Shown here: positions 25,053-27,196 of the stretch, piece after piece
Numbering within the stretch: the stretch's first letter is position 1
Layout: the number at the start of each line of letters is the position of its first letter
Source: Verrucomicrobiota bacterium
Lineage (GTDB): Bacteria > Verrucomicrobiota > Verrucomicrobiia > Limisphaerales > UBA9464
NCBI GenBank assembly: GCA_947454295.1
Contig: CANGMO010000001.1
Location: 1 to 27,196, forward strand
Reading direction: 5' to 3'
DNA length: 27,196 nt
Position numbers and translations under genes: made by a program
Notes under the pieces: generated by a model
Databases searched by the model: none
The model's input: only the letters and a program-made list of their open reading frames with translations
What the model was told of the DNA's origin: nothing

Positions 25053-26219
25053 CTACCGGCGCTCCCGCCCAAGGGATGGCCGAAGCGGTACAGGCGTTGA
25101 TGCGGCATTGGTGCGGAACGCCGATCGGAACAACCAGAAGTTGCGGAACAGGATCTCGGTGGTTTCCGAGAGCCGGGCGGCCTTGTCCGCCAGTCGGGAC
25201 ACGTTCTCCACAAGATTCGTCTGATTCACCTTGGCGTTGAATCCGTTGGCGGTGTCACGCAGATCGTTGAGGGTCCTCCGGACATCCACCAGCACCGGTC
25301 CCAGTTCCTCAGAACGCAGCCTCGCCTCGCCCAAGGTCTGCTTCACCTGAGCCATGATGGGGGTCAGTTCCTCGGATTTCTTCGTCACCGAGTCGAGGAC
25401 CTGATTCAGCTTGGCCTTGGTATCCACCGGCAACACCAGATCCCCCACCCCGCCGTCGCGCGCCAGCCGAGGTTCGAGCTGGCCTGTGATCCGGGCCATC
25501 CGTCCCAGGATCTCATCCAGGTTGGCGGTCGCCCTCGGTAGCGCACCATCGATCACGCCGCTGATCCTGTCCACCTTGCCCATGATCCGCTGGGCCTGCG
25601 CGAGCAGCGTCTCCGACTGATCCAAGGCCAGGTAATACCCCTTCGCACCATTGGTGATGGCCCCGTACTTGAGGAACTTATTGGTCCGATCCGCCGAGGG
25701 GGACTTGTACGCGAACTGATCCCACAACACCCCGAGGTGTCCCCCGGGAAGGTTGGTCACCGTCACCAACGTCTCCGGCGACCCCACGGAAACATCGAGC
25801 GTGACGCCGCCCGCGACCTCAACGGGAAACCCGCCGATCGTTACCCGCGAGTCGGTGTTGATGTATCCGGGATAGGGATCCCGAATGGTGAACGCGACGA
25901 ACACGTTGAAATTGTTGGTCGCGTAATAGTCCCAGCTGCGCCGCAACTCGAGGTTCACCGGCTCCACGTGGGTGACCCGCCCGACACGATAGCCCATCAG
26001 CTGCACCGGGGTTCCTTCATGGATGCCGGTGGCCTGGGATAGGTAGGTGTAGTAGGGCACCTCGGTCACCCACCAGCCACGCGCCTCGCCGGTGGTGCGA
26101 ACAAACCAGGTGACGAAGCCTGCCGCGCTGAGCCCGGCCATGATGAGGAACACCACCACAAGCCATTCCACCTTGTGAAGCCGGGTCCGAAGCTGCGGAG
26201 TAAGATCTTGGAGGGCCAT
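25053..26219 (-). CDS. mlaD: MlaD/MCE family protein with a long helical C-terminal region
   Basis: [14 protein letters not shown] plus an N-terminal TM; [18 protein letters not shown] (MCE motif); coiled-coil region; C-terminal NFWLFRSAF. Follows the ABC ATPase and permease. Confidence 0.85.
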   Translation of the reverse strand: MALQDLTPQLRTRLHKVEWLVVVFLIMAGLSAAGFVTWFVRTTGEARGWWVTEVPYYTYLSQATGIHEGTPVQLMGYRVGRVTHVEPVNLELRRSWDYYATNNFNVFVAFTIRDPYPGYINTDSRVTIGGFPVEVAGGVTLDVSVGSPETLVTVTNLPGGHLGVLWDQFAYKSPSADRTNKFLKYGAITNGAKGYYLALDQSETLLAQAQRIMGKVDRISGVIDGALPRATANLDEILGRMARITGQLEPRLARDGGVGDLVLPVDTKAKLNQVLDSVTKKSEELTPIMAQVKQTLGEARLRSEELGPVLVDVRRTLNDLRDTANGFNAKVNQTNLVENVSRLADKAARLSETTEILFRNFWLFRSAFRTNAASTPVPLRPSLGRERR

Positions 26220-26225
26220 GGGAAT

Positions 26226-26996
26226 TCAGAATGCGTCACCGAGCACTTCGCGCACCGGGTCTTCCGTGAGCGCCATCACGCCGCCGGAATCGCCGAGCAG
26301 TTGGAAGGCACCTCGATGGATTAGGGCAAAGCGATGTCCAATGGAAAGGAAAGGCCGCAACATCTCGGTGCCCACGATCACGGTCGCGGGCTTCCGATGC
26401 AGCCACGGTGATCCGGCAATCAGGGAGGTCACGATGGATCGCCACCAGCGGATTTGTCCCGAGTCGAGGCCGGCCACCGGATCGTCCAGCACCACGAGTT
26501 CGGGCCGGAGGGCAAGCGCGCGGGCAAGCGCCACGCGCAGCCGCATGCCGCGGCCCAGCCGGGACGGCATCGCGCCGACTACCGCCTGCAGCTCGAGCCA
26601 TTCGAGCAGCGGGCGCACCTCCTCAACCGCCGCCTCCATCGACATCCCCTGATGATAGCGAAGCGGCAGGGTGACGTTCTCGATTGCCGTGAGGGAACCA
26701 AACAAACGTCCACTTCCCGAAAACAAAAATCCAACGCGGGTCCGGATGTCGGAAACCGCATCTCCACGCAGTTCCGCCACGGGACGCCCGAACAGCTGGA
26801 GCGCCCCGGCGACTACGGGCCGCAAGCCCGCTGCGGTCTCGAGAAACGCCGACACACCGGAACCCTGCACACCGGCCACCACCCAACACTCCCCGGTTTC
26901 CACCGACCAATCCACCGCCCGAACCGCCCCGCGGCCGGAATGGCTGGCTTCCGCGATTTCGACCGCGGTCATTTCCAGGATTGGTTGCGTGGCCAT
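26226..26996 (-). CDS. MlaF-like ABC ATP-binding protein with degenerate catalytic motifs, ~256 aa
   Basis: ABC scaffold is clear: VRAVDWSVETGE, G.LQLFG, RVGFLFS, LTAIENVTLPLRYH, RVALARALALRPELVVLDDP. Walker A reads GVQGSGVS, signature LGRGM, Walker B DD, and there is no H-loop His. Start at ATG 26996. Confidence 0.85.
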   Translation of the reverse strand: MATQPILEMTAVEIAEASHSGRGAVRAVDWSVETGECWVVAGVQGSGVSAFLETAAGLRPVVAGALQLFGRPVAELRGDAVSDIRTRVGFLFSGSGRLFGSLTAIENVTLPLRYHQGMSMEAAVEEVRPLLEWLELQAVVGAMPSRLGRGMRLRVALARALALRPELVVLDDPVAGLDSGQIRWWRSIVTSLIAGSPWLHRKPATVIVGTEMLRPFLSIGHRFALIHRGAFQLLGDSGGVMALTEDPVREVLGDAF

Positions 26997-27004
26997 GGCC
27001 GGTA

Positions 27005-27196
27005 CTAGAGGACGAGATACAGCGGCACAAACAAGGCATCGAGAAGCAGGCACCCGATGCCACAAATGGTCACGGTGCGCGTGGTCGCAGCACCGACCTC
27101 TTCAAGCCGGATTGGCTGGGCCAGGCCCTGATAGCAAATCACCAGCCCGATCAGGCACCCGAACAGTCCGGTTTTCACCGCCAACAGCGGAAAATC
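27005..27196 (-). CDS. mlaE: MlaE-type ABC permease, C-terminal 63 aa (5'-truncated; not in the ORF track)
   Basis: Manual translation: DFPLLAVKTGLFGCLIGLVICYQGLAQPIRLEEVGAATTRTVTICGIGCLLLDALFVPLYLVL*. This matches the MlaE C-terminal pattern K..LFG.LI..I.CY.G......EV..ATT..V. Confidence 0.88.
   Translation of the reverse strand, partial: DFPLLAVKTGLFGCLIGLVICYQGLAQPIRLEEVGAATTRTVTICGIGCLLLDALFVPLYLVL

Overview
GC-rich bacterial chromosomal window. The gene content points to the PVC superphylum, most likely Verrucomicrobiota (inference from the DUF1549/DUF1553-DUF1501-PPC cluster and from gene style). From left to right it holds: a 5'-truncated C10 (SpeB-like) cysteine protease with five 53-aa FG-GAP-like repeats; tRNA-Phe(GAA); a BNR/Asp-box sialidase-like protein; dnaA with a 457-bp upstream intergenic region that looks like oriC (variant DnaA boxes, exact IHF consensus); P-II (glnB-type); a TPR-like protein; a three-gene operon of uncharacterised envelope proteins, two of them tandem paralogues; transaldolase; a RimJ/L-type GNAT; the PVC-type DUF1549/DUF1553 + DUF1501 + PPC operon directly downstream of an orphan larE; a surface-polysaccharide group (O-antigen ligase-like, SDR, priming transferase, WecG/TagA, rfbA); and the end of an Mla/Mce-type ABC operon (mlaE, mlaF-like, mlaD). 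I found no mobile element, CRISPR array or rRNA. The most notable observations are an intact ABC ATPase with four catalytic motifs degenerate, the function-unknown DUF1549/1553-DUF1501-PPC module next to larE, the translationally coupled 'GCP' paralogue pair, a DnaA with substituted DNA-reading residues next to TTGTTC-type boxes, and a priming transferase lacking the canonical Asp of its Asp-Glu dyad. All calls come from reading motifs by eye; no database search was run. Several start codons were moved from the ORF track and remain uncertain.
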